The position numbers and the translations under genes were made by a program. Positions 1 to 13,516 of a stretch of DNA of 64,000 nt are shown here, one piece after another. The notes beneath the pieces are model-generated. The model had not been told where the DNA came from. It did not search any database and saw only the letters and a list, made by a program, of their open reading frames with translations. Source of the DNA: Neophaeotheca triangularis (taxonomy: Eukaryota); assembly GCA_054600435.1 (NCBI GenBank), contig BAAIJX010000041.1, positions 124,001 through 188,000 on the forward strand. The letters are read 5' to 3'. Numbering within the stretch: position 1 is the first letter of the stretch; each line of letters begins with the position of its first letter.

Positions 1-303
1 ACCGAACGAACAAGTTCCGACTTTCGACACTCTCCGGACTACTGCTGAAACACCACCCCCACCATCATCACCACTACTACTCCGACAACACCTTTGCCAA
101 CACTCCAACAACAACATCCAACACCCACTCCCACCACTCTCTCCCAACTACCCACACCCCTCTCGACCGTCCAACCAACCTCGACACCCAACTAGACCAA
201 AGGTCCTCGACACAGAATCGAAACTCGCGCAGAGTCGATCGTGACTTGGGGTTCTTTTTCACGTTTTTCAAGAGCTTTGGACCGACGGTGCTAGAGTGAA
301 AAG

Positions 304-1557
304 ATGTCTTGGCAAGGTAAGCTAACCCTACTTATGTATCTGTATGGCTGGCTCGCTGGCGGTACGGTGCTGGAGATGGGTGGGGAAGGGTGGATGAGAG
401 GGAGGGGGAGGGGAGGTGAGAGGTGGGAAGGTGGGTCGTTTGGGTGTTGAGGGGGAAGGGGAGTTTTAGGGATGGGGAGAGGGTTGTTGAGGGTGATGAT
501 GGGTTGGGCTTGATTTGAGATTGTCGAGTGCGATTTGCTGACTTGGTTTGTGCTGCGCACCAGCGTATGTCGATACTAGGTACGGTTTCTCCCCTTTCGA
601 TTCCATTTTCCCGTGGGAAAGACGGACATGGAGAGAGATGGTGTGAGGAGGATGGGAGGAGTTGGGGAGATGGCGGGCTCTGGGATCTGCGGGTCTTTTG
701 ATTACACACTGCAGGGGTTTCGGGTGCGAGGGAAACGTTCTTTTGCTGATTTTTGGTTTGTTTGATAGCCTCGTTGGCACCGGCAACGTCGATAAGGCTG
801 CCATCTTCAACAATGAGGGCAACAGCGTTTGGGCTACTAGCGCTGGGTTTACGGTGAGTTTGCTCTTCATTTCCTCCGCGTGCTCGTCGTTGTGGTTGGG
901 GTTTGGAGGGGATTGGGCTACGGCATGGTCAGGGGAGAAGGTCGACTTGATGGTGGTCCCGGGGGTCATTTGGGTGTGGACGCCGGCGGAAAAGAGAGAG
1001 AAAGCAGTCCAGGCTGGCTTAATTGCAATCCTTCACACAGGAGACACCCACGCCACCTCCCGCGTCCTTCAAATCTCAAGCCACACATCACACGCACTCA
1101 TCACCTCCAACCTTCAAGCTAAACAACCCTCCTAGGTCTCTCCCCAAGAAATGCAAGAAGTCGTGACCGCGTACAAAGACAAGGGCGACGCACAAGGCGT
1201 CAAGCAGGTCCAGTCCACGGGCCTCCACGTCGGCGGCGAGAGGTTCGTCGTCCTGAAAGCGGATGATCGGAGCATATACGGGAAGAAGGTAAAGCAACCA
1301 CCCACCCCCTACAACAAATCCCTGCCAGCAAAACCACACAAGAACTATTCCCCCTCGCAAACTTACGACACATGCACGGCATGTTTGCAAACACACCGCT
1401 GACTTTATCGGGCGGTTTTTAGGGCCGCGAGGGCGTCGTCATCGTCAAGACCCAGCAGGCCATTCTCGTCACCCACTACCCCGAGACGGTCCAGCCCGGT
1501 AGCGCGGCCAACACGGTCGAGCAGCTGGCTGACTATTTGATCGGGGTTGGGTACTAG
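304..1557 (+). CDS. PFY1: Profilin (5 exons: 304-316, 564-579, 769-853, 1136-1288, 1423-1557)
   Basis: Manual splicing at GT-AG sites gives [23 protein letters not shown]...[67 protein letters not shown], a typical fungal profilin. Confidence 0.96.
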
Positions 1558-3059
1558 AATAGTCTGGATTGCCGAACCAAGGAGGGCGTGGGTTGCGGGA
1601 GACTGGAGTGAGACTCAGTGAGGAGGCGAGTATGCAGTCAGCGGATGCATTGTTCGTGCGCGCGTGGACCTGGGACCATGGCGAACTTGTGGCTGGCTGG
1701 CTGGCTGGCAACGGAGGGCATCGGCAACTAGCTATGCATTCGGGGCTGCTGAGAGGGAAGGAAAAATCTACCAGAGCATGGGTTAGAGAAAGAGGTGTAG
1801 AGAAGCGTCGCGTATAGAAATATGGATCTTGACGCCTAAAATTGAGAAACAAGATATGCCTTTCCGAGTAAACCGTACTGTACGCGGCGAGACAAAGTAG
1901 GGCCGTGTCCAATGCCGCCCATTCATACTCGTTCGCTAGCTCTTTGCTCATCGACTTTACTTTAAAAGGTATCAAAAGGTTTTGAAAAAAGTCAGTCATC
2001 CACTTGTACACCAGACCAGTAAGACTTTCAATTCGTTAAGAGACGCAACCGTATTCCCATCACCAAGGACAATCCATTACTTACAAGGGCGGTTAAAAAT
2101 CCACCGGCAAGAACACAACACACGCAGGGCACACACATCTCAGAACGACGATTTTGGGGGATATCGTAATTCTAATAATCGAGGATTTCCCTCCCCACCC
2201 AGTCCGCCCAAAAAACGGCACACGAGCTCTCTTGCGCTCAACAGACGGCGGATCTTGCAGACTGGACGAATCCGCGTCCCACCCTCGCCCAAGCACGGGG
2301 TTTGATTCGAAAGAAAAGAAGAAGAAGAAGAGATAGACAAAGGACGGAAAGAAAGACAAGACGAGCTCAGCCAACTTTTGCGCTTTCAACCCCGCGACCG
2401 CGACCGCGTCGCTGAATGCCTTCCCGAGCCCACATGACCGCGAAAAAGCGCCATCTCCACTCGTGGCTCGAAACTCGCTGTCGACCACGTTGATGGCCCC
2501 TAATCCCCTGCGACTTGCCCCGCTGGCGCTCGAAGATCACTTGTTCCCGAGATGTCGCTTGTTGCGCCCCTGATGCTGGCGCTTTTTGGTTTTTATCCAG
2601 AGTGGGTAGTCTGGTCTGGTCTGGCCTGCGACGGAAAAGGAAAGGGGGTGAGACCCGGTGCGGAAGTGGAAAGCTTGCGCTAGGCGTCGGCCTGACATGT
2701 GGGAAAGGAAGGAAGACGTTTAGGTGCTGTTGAGTTCTTGTTTCGGACTTCCGGGAGCGGCGAGAGCGGGTTTCCCATGGATGGATGGCCTGTTTTTGGT
2801 TTTGATATGTCGTGGTGCGGTACGGAGCGGACTTTTCGTTTTGTTGCTCGCGCACGGTTCCGTGGGTGCAGATGACAGAAGGGTTGTGGCGGTGTGGGGG
2901 CTATCTATGGCATGGCTGTTGAGGATGTGAAATAGCAGAAGGCTTTGGCCTCTTTGCTTCCTGTTAATTTAGCTGCGACGTCGTATCAGGGCGGGAATGA
3001 ACTTACTTGCTTCAGCCTCTTTCCAGCGTGAGGGCGTTCGGGATGCCGGCTTTCGCCCT

Positions 3060-4061
3060 TCACCTACGCCTCCCGCCTCTGTCGCGGCTAAGGCTCCGAT
3101 CCCTAGAAACGCTCCTGCTCCTTCTCGAGTCGTAGCTATCGTAGCTTGGGCTCCTACGGCCTCCACCTCCTCCGCCTCCGCCACCGCCACGTCGGGGAGG
3201 GGGACTAGCGAAACGGCGTCTGGGCGCTGGGCTGCGACTCAGACTCCTCCTCGGGCTCCTGCTGCGACTTCGCGAGTAGCCATAGCTGGGACTCCTCCTT
3301 CCTCCACGACGCGGCGGCGGGCTACGAGAGTACGAAGGGCGGTAGTGCGCGCGGTCGTCTCGGAAACTGCCTCCCCCACCACCCCTAGGCCCTCCTCTCC
3401 CTCCACCACCGAACCGCGGCAACGGGCTGCGATCGCGGTATCCACCCGGCCCACCAGCACCCGGACGATACGAGCGATCATCACCCATCCCGCCTGCACC
3501 ACCTCTGCCTCCTCCCCTTCCACCTCTCGCCCCATCCCTGCCATACCGATGCGGCTCCCCGAACCGATCCGGTGGCGGCCTCCTGCGTTCTGGACTCCTG
3601 CTCCACCGCCTGCGCGGCAACACGATACTGACATTGACCACGGCGCCATCGAGCTGCGCTTCATGCATGCTCGCAATCGCTTCCTCGGCTTCTGCAGTCG
3701 TTTCGTACAGAATGTACGCGATGCCCTTGTTGGTCATCAGGTGCGCGTTGACGGGCATTTCGAGTTCCGCGATGGCGCCGAAGCGGGAGAAGATTTCGCG
3801 GAGGTGCGGGACGCGGATGTTTTTGGTCAGTTTTTCAATGACGATTTTGGTACTGCGCGGGGCGGGTGCTGTTGTGGGGGATGTTGGGGTGCGGGAGAGA
3901 GTGCGGCCGCGGGTGGCGCTTGCGGAGCGCGAGGGCGAGCGCGAGATTGTGCCATTGTGAGCGGGGGCGGTTGGGGAGCGTGTTGTTGTTGGCGCGGCGG
4001 TGGTATCCATTTTGTCGATTGAGCGACTGCGCGAAGGGCTGCGGACGGGTGGGGTGGACAT
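3060..4061 (-). CDS. RNPS1/SR45-like RRM protein with RS/RGG-rich tails
   Basis: RRM KIVIEKLTKNIRVPHLREIFSRFG...NKGIAYILY...MHEAQLDGAVVNVSIV, flanked by RS-rich segments. Likely ATG at 4061 (MSTPPVRS). Confidence 0.88.
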   Translation of the reverse strand: MSTPPVRSPSRSRSIDKMDTTAAPTTTRSPTAPAHNGTISRSPSRSASATRGRTLSRTPTSPTTAPAPRSTKIVIEKLTKNIRVPHLREIFSRFGAIAELEMPVNAHLMTNKGIAYILYETTAEAEEAIASMHEAQLDGAVVNVSIVLPRRRWSRSPERRRPPPDRFGEPHRYGRDGARGGRGGGRGGAGGMGDDRSYRPGAGGPGGYRDRSPLPRFGGGGRGGPRGGGGGSFRDDRAHYRPSYSRSPPPRRGGRRSPSYGYSRSRSRSPRRSLSRSPAPRRRFASPPPRRGGGGGGGGGGRRSPSYDSYDSRRSRSVSRDRSLSRDRGGRRR

Positions 4062-4139
4062 TGCGGTGGCAGTGTAGTGGTGAAGTGAGCTGTTGTTCTG
4101 TCTATACAAGCATGTCGTGGAAGCTGCGCTGTAGGTAGT

Positions 4140-4181
4140 GTTGGTGGTGGTGGTGGTGGTGGTGGTGGTGGTGGTGGTGGT
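4140..4181. repeat. (GGT)n microsatellite in the divergent intergenic region
   Basis: About 13 consecutive GGT units. Confidence 0.9.
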
Positions 4182-4512
4182 GTGTTAAATGGCGCGTGGA
4201 AGTCGAGGTAAAGATGTTGCAAGTTTATTGTACGGATGGGAAAGTTTGGAGCTCGGAGTTCGAGCTTTTGCAGCAGCCAATGCTGATCGGCCAAGCTTCC
4301 CGACCCGATCCCTTCCTTCCTAAAGAAGCGCCAATGACGTACCGAGGTCGAGTCTCAGGTGCACCTGCAGTCGGGTCGGGTCTCACCTCAGGTCAGGTAC
4401 GAGCATCAACATCAAACAACAACATTGAATCCCCCGATACTCCCACCGATGTAAGATAGTAGTCCTTCTCCTTCCGATCCTCTTGCTGTATTGCCAGCCA
4501 ATCGAGCCAAAC

Positions 4513-6357
4513 ATGTTCTCCCGTATCCCCCTCTTTCTCTCCCTCCTCCATCTGACCTCAGCCTCCCAACCCGAAGCCCCTGCCCCAATCCCAGCACCCC
4601 TCCGCGACCTCCCCTGGGGCCAACTGAACTTCCTCCACACCACCGATACACATGGTTGGCACGGCGGCCACCTCTCCGAAGCTCAATACTCCGCCGATTG
4701 GGGCGACTACATAAGCTTCGCCTCGCATCTGCGCAACAGAACCAACGCCGAAAAGACCGATCTCCTAGTCGTAGACACGGGCGACCGGATCGAAGGAAAC
4801 GGTCTCTACGATGCCTCCGAGCCAAAGGGGAAATACACCTACCGGATCTTCACGCAACAGCACCTCGATGTCATAACCGTGGGGAACCACGAGCTGTACT
4901 TGCAGAACTCGAGCGAGAGGGAGTATGATACCACCGTGCCGGCTTACAGGGAGAGTTATATCGCTAGTAACCTCGATATCCACAACCCAAAGACTGGGGA
5001 GTTGGAGGCGTTGGCGCCGAGGTTCAGAAAGTTCACGACTCCTAATCAAGGTATAAGGGTGTTGGCTTTTGGGTTTCTGTTTAATTTCCAGGGCAACGCG
5101 GATAATACTGTAGTTCAGCCTGTGCAGGCTACGGTCAAGGAAGAGTGGTTCCAGGACGCTATCAGGGATAAAGAGGTGGATTTGTTCCTCGTTGCGGGAC
5201 ATGTTCCGGTCAGGGATAGCGAGGAGTTTGAGCTGATTTATCAGACGATTCGCAGCGCGCAGTGGGATGCACCGATTGCTTTTCTAGGAGGACACACGCA
5301 TATTAGAGATTTCCGAGAGTTTGACGATAAAGCGTACGGCTTGGAGAGCGGGCGGTACATGGAAACGATAGGCTTCATGTCCATCAAGGGTCTGAAGACC
5401 GGTGGCAAGAAGGCGCAAACCGAAGAAGCGATAGAACCCCAAAAATCAAGCCCGGTTTTCAAACGCCGTTACATCGACAACAACTTGCTATCTTTGCACC
5501 ACCACTCCCAAACCAACGTCTCGACTTTCCCTACCGAGTTGGGGACAAATGTGACCCGCGCTATTCATTCCGCCCGCAAAGCTCTAAACCTCGACCACAC
5601 GTTCGGCTGCGCGCCGCAAGACTACTGGCTCAGCCGCGCTCATTACCCCAGCGATACCAGTCTGCTGACATGGCTAGAAAAACGCGTCCTCCCGGATACT
5701 TTCACCGACGCCACGAGCCGGCCGAGCATCGTTCTCACCAACAGCGGCGCCATGCGCTTCGACATTTTCAAGGGGCCTTTCACCGTCGACTCGACCTTTC
5801 TCCTGAGTCCATTCGGCAGCGGGTTCCGACGCATCAAAGACGTGCCTTACGAGGCGGCGAGCCAGGTTCTGCAGGTATTGAACCATCAGGGCCAAATACT
5901 GCTAGAGCGGACTGAGGGAGACGAGCCGCCGAGTCTAGAAATGCTGCGACCGCCTTTCGCGCCACAGAGACTCGATCCCTACACCGCCGACACCGGCTTT
6001 GCATCCGACCAGTCCCCTCTCCTAGCCGACAGCAAATCTTCACTCCCCGGCTACACGACCCGCGACGATTTCGGGCACAACGGCGACGACACAGTGCACG
6101 CTCCTATCGACTTCTACGCCGTGCCCAACTGCATTGCCGCGAGTGTCAATTATGAACCTACCGAGGGCCCGGCGCCGGAGAAGGCTGATTTGGTTTATAA
6201 TGAGTTTGTGCAGAATTGGGTGTTGCTCGCGCTCAAGTATTTGGGGCAGGATTATGAGAGTGGGGATACCAGGCCGGTTTTGGAGGGGAGTAGCTTTACT
6301 GAGGTTATTGCGAGGTGGGTGGGGGAAAACTGGGAGTGTGAGGACGGGGAGGGGTAG
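4513..6357 (+). CDS. Secreted/vacuolar calcineurin-like metallophosphoesterase, 5'-nucleotidase-like (yeast YHR202W-like)
   Basis: Signal-peptide-like N-terminus MFSRIPLFLSLLHLTSA; metallophosphoesterase motifs HTTDTHGW, DTGDRIEGNG, GNHEL, GGHTH. Confidence 0.9.
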   Translation: MFSRIPLFLSLLHLTSASQPEAPAPIPAPLRDLPWGQLNFLHTTDTHGWHGGHLSEAQYSADWGDYISFASHLRNRTNAEKTDLLVVDTGDRIEGNGLYDASEPKGKYTYRIFTQQHLDVITVGNHELYLQNSSEREYDTTVPAYRESYIASNLDIHNPKTGELEALAPRFRKFTTPNQGIRVLAFGFLFNFQGNADNTVVQPVQATVKEEWFQDAIRDKEVDLFLVAGHVPVRDSEEFELIYQTIRSAQWDAPIAFLGGHTHIRDFREFDDKAYGLESGRYMETIGFMSIKGLKTGGKKAQTEEAIEPQKSSPVFKRRYIDNNLLSLHHHSQTNVSTFPTELGTNVTRAIHSARKALNLDHTFGCAPQDYWLSRAHYPSDTSLLTWLEKRVLPDTFTDATSRPSIVLTNSGAMRFDIFKGPFTVDSTFLLSPFGSGFRRIKDVPYEAASQVLQVLNHQGQILLERTEGDEPPSLEMLRPPFAPQRLDPYTADTGFASDQSPLLADSKSSLPGYTTRDDFGHNGDDTVHAPIDFYAVPNCIAASVNYEPTEGPAPEKADLVYNEFVQNWVLLALKYLGQDYESGDTRPVLEGSSFTEVIARWVGENWECEDGEG

Positions 6358-6780
6358 ATTAGGATGGGGCTGTTGAGTTGTAGGGTAGATAGATTAATAC
6401 TACTTATTCCATGGCTTGTCTATAGGAGGTACTGTCATGTTTCCCGGCGAAGGTGTTATCTGCCAGACGCGTAGATAAAGTGTTCGCGTGTTGGAAGCTT
6501 CAGGGTCCAGTCCAGTTGCCCTCCGCAACGCCTTGGGCCAAACTTTCACCCACCTCGCTACACACTGCATCCTAGTAGTCACGCTCCATACTTACTTATT
6601 ACAGTACAGTTTCTGCAGATTGAATGCGAATCTACTCAGAACCTCGCCAAGCTCTTCATAATCCACCGCACCACTCGCGACCTCACCGAACTCAGCGACG
6701 AAACCTCAAGACCTCACCATCCATCAGCGCTTCCCTAGCAGCGCAGTTCTGCCGCCAGTCGGCAAGCTAGCAAGCAAACC

Positions 6781-8539
6781 ATGTCGAGAAGAGGCATTCA
6801 TGAGAGTCCCATGGACTTTGAGTATCAGAATGGTACTGGCCCTATGGATGGAAGGAGTCCTTTCGCTCAGTTGAGCCAGAATGCGCAGAGACACCCGCAA
6901 CAGCAACAGCAGATGAGCAAATGTGGGTAGCCTATCCAAAACCAACGACCTGAAGTAGACGCGCCTTCGGACAGGACACAGGACAAGAACGACAAGCACG
7001 GCCAGCACTAACACTTTTTTCTCCCCAGCCTCGACGAATTGGCCCTCCACCCCCCGCAGACCCAACTCTGGGTCAAACTCCGCCTCTTCTCCTATGAACA
7101 AACCCCTTCCACCCCGCCCAGCCTTCAACGCCCTCTACTCCACCCCTCGGAAACTGGATCAAGACCTCGACGACTCTTCCGCTGGCGAGACGCCACGGAG
7201 TCCCGACCGCGGAGCCGACAGCGATGCGCCCACGCCCGAAAACACAGGCGGCGCTTTGAGCAAATTCGACTTCACCACATTACCCGCTCTCAAGCCCCTC
7301 AAACGTGGTGAGAACCAGCAGACTGGGGGTGCGGAAGTGGAGATGAAGGATGCGGATGCGGATGCGGTGAAAGTGAAGAGCAGCCCGAGGAGGGGTGAGA
7401 GGAAGGAGCGTCCGGATGGCGGTGATAGGAGGGATTCATGGCTCGTGAGCCAATTGTCGCGGGTCAAGCATAAGCTGTATTCGCCTGGTAGGGGCGAGGT
7501 GCCGCGTGGGGATGAAGGGCATAGGGTTATGGAGAAGAGAATTCACAAGAAGAGGAGCAGACACTTCGGTGGGCGGGAAACGCGAGAAGGACATCACCAC
7601 GGAGCCGTGAGCCGTAGGACTCGAAGGAGGGGGAGTAGTGTTTCCTCGACCGGCACGGGCGACTACGATGACGCCTCCGACTCCGATAGCCACCGCAGCA
7701 ACAACCGCAGCAAACCGCGCAAAACCTCCCGCCCCCAAACCGACCCCCACCCGGGCAGCAACATCTTTCCCCCCGCCTCTCCCCCTAACGAAGGCAACTG
7801 GCTCTCGCGAACCTTCACTTTCATCGCCTCCCACCCCACCGTCCCGCACATCCTCTCCTTCTACGCCCAACTCGCTTTCAACCTCTTCCTCCTCTCCTCC
7901 CTCGCCTACCTCCTCTACACCTTCTACACCGCCCTACGCGCCGATATCGACAGCAACTCACACGCCGCCACCGCCGAAATCCTCGCCGAAATGTCCCTGT
8001 GCACGGAGAATTTCCGCCTCAACCGCTGCGACCGCGCCTCTGGCGGCCGCGTGCCTGCCATGGAGCGCGTCTGCGAAGAGTGGGAGCGCTGCATGTCCCG
8101 CGACGCTCGGGCTGTCGGCCGCGCGCGCGTCGGCGCCAAGACCGTCGCAGAAGTGGTCAACGGTTTCGTCGAGGGCATTAGCTGGAAAGCCATGTTCTTC
8201 ACCTGCCTGTTGGTTTTCGGCTCTTTTGCCGTTAGCAATCTGGCTTTTGGCTTTTTTCGGGAGAAGGCTGCGCAGCATCAACCACAGCAACAACAGCAGT
8301 TTTGGCAGCAGCCGCCGCCGCCTACCCCACAGCATCCGCAGCAGCAGTTTTTGTTTGGGGCGCCTACGCCGCAGAGGCAATTTAGTGGGGAGCAGCAGAT
8401 GTACTATGGCTGGAATGGTGGCGGGCAGCAGCAGCACGGGCTGGAGCCTGCGCCGAGTGCAGGACCCGGTGGGGAGGGTGGGGGCTGGGGTATTACCGAG
8501 GGCAGGGGGAGTCCAGTTAAGAAGCTTGGTTGGAATTGA
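6781..8539 (+). CDS. Brl1/Brr6 family nuclear envelope protein (intron 6923-7028)
   Basis: Exon 1 MSRRGIHESPMDFEY splices in frame to ORF 7094-8539. Two TM segments flank a four-Cys luminal domain (CTENFRLNRC...PAMERVCEEWERCM). Confidence 0.9.
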
Positions 8540-9731
8540 GCGAGAGAATTGTAGGGGGAATTGAAAGAGGTTGTGCGGGTGAAGGTGAGGATATGACGGG
8601 ATGGTCTTGAGGGAGTTTGCGGTATGGCTGGAGATCTATTGCAGTCGGGCCAGGGGTTTTGGGGAAGCGAAAGGGTGGTTTCTTGGCTGGGTACCAGACA
8701 GTCTGTCTGAACGGGAAGGCGTTGGAAATGAAGCGATTCTTTGTGTGATTCGGAGGATGATACCAGATTTTCTTCTCTCTCTTTCCTTCTCTTTTGCTTA
8801 CGTCTCTTCTGCCCGCTTGGCGGTATGCTCTGGAGTGTACGCAGCGGCAAACGGTGTTTCCGTTGTCTCTACGGCTATAGCTAGGAGGTAGCTAGCAAGC
8901 GATCACTTCTATCAAGTCATCACTTCACTCGCCTACTCTTTCTTTCTGTCCTGTCGGCACTGAAAAGTAATTGGCTGGCTACCTGGCGTGGATCTTGCTC
9001 CCGATGAAAGGCAGCCAATCCGTCACCCTCCACGATAACCAGACCGCTACCCAAGCGGGACTTCACGGTACACTGCGGACTCAAAAGGGGTCTGCTGAAT
9101 CTCTCGCGAGCTGAGGAAGCAAACCAGCAAGCTAGCAAAACCAGTGGGAAATCACGTAAGTTAGGCAAGTGAGACAAGTCTCAAGAATTATCGACCGGTA
9201 GTAGTCCTTACAAGCTTACTACAGTTTGTTTCGTGATCTACCGCTTCCCCCTTCCCTTCTCTCGACCGCTTTCTACCTCGCCGTAGCCGTCCGGTCGATA
9301 GCAGTCCTCGTGACCTTCGTCTCAGGGGCTTAGAGCACGGCTGGCTGGCGCGCTAGCGGTGGGTGCTTGGACGGGGCAGAGGCATCCCTTACTGTACCGC
9401 CACCGCCACCGCCGTTGTCTGTCTTGCATCGCGAGCGAGTGAGCTTGTCAGATGGCCATGTCGCGGCCGGCTGACATGCTTGACAAACGATGCTAGACCG
9501 GCGAGGCTGAGGGTCTTAGCAATGCATGGACTCGAGAGCTTTCTGGACTGGCTGGCAATCCCGGCTGGGTACGAGGGTTCAAAGTGCTGTAGACTCTCGA
9601 GAATTGCTATCGTGGGTATTTCCGCATCGCTTTTCTTCCTGTGTTTCCATCTTTGCTTGTTTTCCGCAATGCCAGCTACTCCATTCCAGCCTCTCTGCAT
9701 CGCTCGCAACCAGACCCAAAAAGCTCCTTCC

Positions 9732-12700
9732 TCAAGAAGGCCAAGCCACACTCAACCGCTCAACCATCGTCTTCATCAAAACCGGCGGCACGGCCTCATC
9801 AGTCGCGCGGATCGTGAGGCGGTACATCTAAACACACACGCGCGCACAAAAGTCAGCAAAACACCGATAGACCAACAAAAAAAAGTAGTGTTGGTTTCAA
9901 AGCACTCACCCCATTGCCCTCATTCGGCTCCAATCTAACCAAACAGCCGAACTTGCCCGCAGCAGTATGCAAAACAGTCGCGCCGACAAAATTGCGCGCA
10001 TTCGGGTCCACGCCGTCCAGAACGCCCCATTTGAAAGCTTGGAGAACGCGGCGCGTGTGCTCGGCGCCGACGTCGTAGCCTTTGAAGATTTGTTGGGATT
10101 CTCGTGGTGCGGCGCCGATTTGTTTCCAGCGTTTGAAGAAGTCTTCGCTGTTGAGCGTTGCGGGGTCCATGTATTTGTGTAGGAGGACTGGAAGGGGGAG
10201 TTGGAGGGTTGAGGGCGTGGGGCTTGTAGGGCTTGTGTAGGTTATTTGGAGGGAAGGTGGTTGGGCGAAGACGTGGTGGGCGTGGAGGAGGAGCATGGCT
10301 TGGGTTTGGGATGAGGGGGAAAGGGTGGCATCGGGGTTTGTGCGGGTTTCGATACTGAGGTTGGCGGGTTGTGGGGAGCTGGGGGTGAGGATTAGGTTCT
10401 GAATTGGGGAAGGGGAGGTGTTGGTGAGTTGGATTATTAGGCAGCCGGTTTCGGCGCGGTACTCGCTGCGGAGGGTGATTTGGAGGTGCGTGTCTGTGTG
10501 GAGGAGGCCTTCGGAGGTTAGGAGGAGGCGGTTGTAGCCTGCCTCGGTATCGGTGTCTGGTATAAGTTGGGCAGAGGGAGCGGGAATGGATGAGGTTTGG
10601 CTGGTCGTGTTGGTGGATGAATTGAGGTCGAGGCCTGCGAGCTCGTCAATTGGACTGCGCGCTGTGGTGGTGCCGTTCGTGCCGTTCGTGCCGTTCGTGG
10701 TAGCAGTAGTCATGGCAGTGCCATTCGATGCTTCAGCAGATGGCACAACCGCTTGACTTGAGAAATTGCGTTTGAGAGTGCCGCTACGATCTGCGCCTGA
10801 GCTAGATGCGTTGTCTTTGGCAGACACGGACCAAGTTCGTTTGTCGCCAGTCGACCCGGTGTTTTTGTCTAGGCGGGTGATGAGAGCTGACGCTCGTTCG
10901 GGGAAGGGCGGCATTTCATCCATGACTGTCCGGAGCAGGTCGTCTGTAGGCATGGTGGCCAAAGCCAAGTATTCGCAAGCTCTTTGCTGCAACTCAGAGT
11001 CGAGGGTATGGCTGTACAGTCGGAACGCTTGCAGCAGTTGCGGCTTGATCTCCGGAAATAGGTTGACAAACTTGACGAATGCTGAAAGAATCATTGCTCG
11101 GGTATTGGGCGAGCTCGAGTTGAATTTATTCTGCAGAGCCATGAATTGCTCGATGGGACTGCCGCCTTGCGCGTCTGCGATTAGGTGACCGAACTCCCCG
11201 AGAATGTAGCTGCCGATCTTGACAAGCGTCTCGTGGCAGTTGTCGGCCTTGCAATACTGCAATATCGTCTGAGAGGCATATACTTGCAGCTCTTCGTTAT
11301 TGGTGACGATTTGAACGACTCGCTGCCAGACTTCGTCGCTCACATGGTCGCCAGCCATGGCTATGAGTCGCATCGAGATGTCGACATACCACTTGACGTC
11401 TGTCGCATATTTCTCGGTGAGAATGGCAATCTTCAAAACCATCTCCTCTCGAATAGCGTAATCCGCAGTTTGCAGGTACTTTAAGAGCTCGTGGACGATC
11501 TTCTGTGAATTGCTCGAGTCACACATGCTGTATAGCAAATCCAGGCCTTGCCGTCTCACGGTGATATCGCGATCTCTTAGCGATCCGATAATGATGTCCT
11601 GGTGCTTCTTGATAGGGTCGAGTGTCTCTGCACGGACAGCAAGATGCGTCATTGCCTCCAAGCCGAGATATCGTACATTCGTCTCTCTGGAACCAATGAA
11701 CTTTCCCAGCTTCGAAGAAATTTGGACCATGAGATCGCGTTCGGTATCGAGGTGGATGATAAGATTGATGGCTTCGAAGAGGACGGCGTTTTGGGCGTTG
11801 TTTTGCTGAACGTTCTTCGGCATCTCCATTGCATTGTCAAGTACCCGCTGCAACGATTGACGCATGAAGTCCCGCACGTAATTGTCCTCTGAAGGGGGGA
11901 AATACTGCATCAGCCGGAGCAATTTCACCTGCAGCCATGGACAAGGCACTTTGTAGTAGAGATAGTCGTGAGGAAACTCTTGATCCACCACCACCGCTTT
12001 CAATCGCGACGCCGCCTTCACGTAGCTCTCCTTGTAATGATCCGGATCATCTCGTGCTAGCGTCATGACCAACGAAGTCACTGATAGCGCAACACCCATA
12101 TCCGGATCGTCCATGATGGCAATAATTCTCCCGGCCCACTCCGGCTGCACAACCGTCGGAACTTTCCTGTACAGCCGCAACAGCGTCAAAGCCGCCTTCT
12201 TCTTCACAAAAGGCTTCGAAGTTGGCGCAATCAGCAGCCTGTGCACATCCCCCGCCAGCGCTTCTCCCATCTCTTTCCCACCAACATTCGCAATCGCATG
12301 CAACGCCAGACAGTTATTCAGCTCATTGTAATCTGCCAAATCCTTGCGTATGCTGTTGACGACTAGATGCAACAACTCGTGACTCTCATGCAAGAGCAAC
12401 GTGACAGCCAAATACCCAATCTGCTTCTCGGAGTATTTGGTCGCCGAGACCAGATTGACAGCCTCCAAATGCCCGAAATCGACGTTCCAGCCGAGTATGT
12501 AAATGTACAGCAGTTTGCAGACGTACTTTTTCTTGTCGTAGCCGGACAAGTTGCCGGATCTGAATTTGCCGCGAATGTTGGCTAGCTCTTTGTTGATGCG
12601 TTTTTCTTCCAGTTCGCGGGCACGCGCGTTACGCAAGTCGGCGATGAAGGAGACGAGGCCGCGCATGGAGTTGCTGTCTTTGCTCGAGTTTCCCATGCCC

Positions 12701-12732
12701 CGCTGGAACATGGCGGCGGCCGCGGTCGCCAT
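9732..12732 (-). CDS. APL3: AP-2 adaptor complex alpha subunit (intron 9828-9909)
   Basis: MRGLVSFIADLRNARARELEEKRINKELANIR, YDKKKYVCKLLYIYILG. Terminal exon MYRLTIRATDEAVPPVL...S* is found after a GTGAGT...TAG intron. Confidence 0.96.
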
Positions 12733-13516
12733 AGTTGAGGTGCCTCCAGGGCAGATGCCTTTGCTGGCTACCCAGCTAGCTTTCTGTCGTCGTCAGGCGG
12801 CGTGAGCGGCGTGATGGCGTCTCCGTAGAGCTTCTTTGCGGATGAGGATGGGGTCGAGGTGCCGAGGTGGTTGTGGTGGTTCCAAGCAGGGGTTGTCGTA
12901 GACGGATTCGAGCTACTCCTGTTCGATTTTGACGGGAGTACGATCGCCTCTGAAGTGGCGACTCAACATTGACCAGCGAGCGGGCATTCGACTCTGCGTT
13001 TGTGTGTGGCGCGTAAGAGTTGAATCATGATCGAAATACACATGTACCTGTAGTCTACAGGAGTGCCGCTCGGGGTGGGTGGTCGTCGGCGGGACAGAGC
13101 TGAAGCGCCGATCGCTGTTGGCTCGTGCTGAGTACCCATCTCTCTCCCGATCTCTCAACAATGATCTATGGATACCTAAGGTACAGTGATGGGCAGCGAC
13201 GACTACATCCAAATAAATCGATTGTTCGCTACATGTGTTTCATCATCTTTTGCTACAACCAATGCCTCATCTACATATTGATTCATGCTCTACCCGCTAC
13301 TTGTACAGGCTCTTCTCACTCTGCTACAGACACCTCAAGGACTATTAGAGGGCAACTACAAACAAAAGTTGAAATGATGTGAGGATGGTACGGTAACTAT
13401 ATCAACCACCCGTGGGCCAATGTCACCCAACGCAGAGAACACATCCCGTCAACGCCGTCTCGTAATTCATTACTCGCCACCCTACAACGCCCTCAATGCA
13501 TCAACTCGATTAGCAC

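Noticed and set aside
2997..4022. 341-aa plus-strand ORF and similar antisense or alternate-frame ORFs (7638-8564, 40166-41260, 28823-29446)
   Set aside because: Shadow frames of GC-rich real genes.
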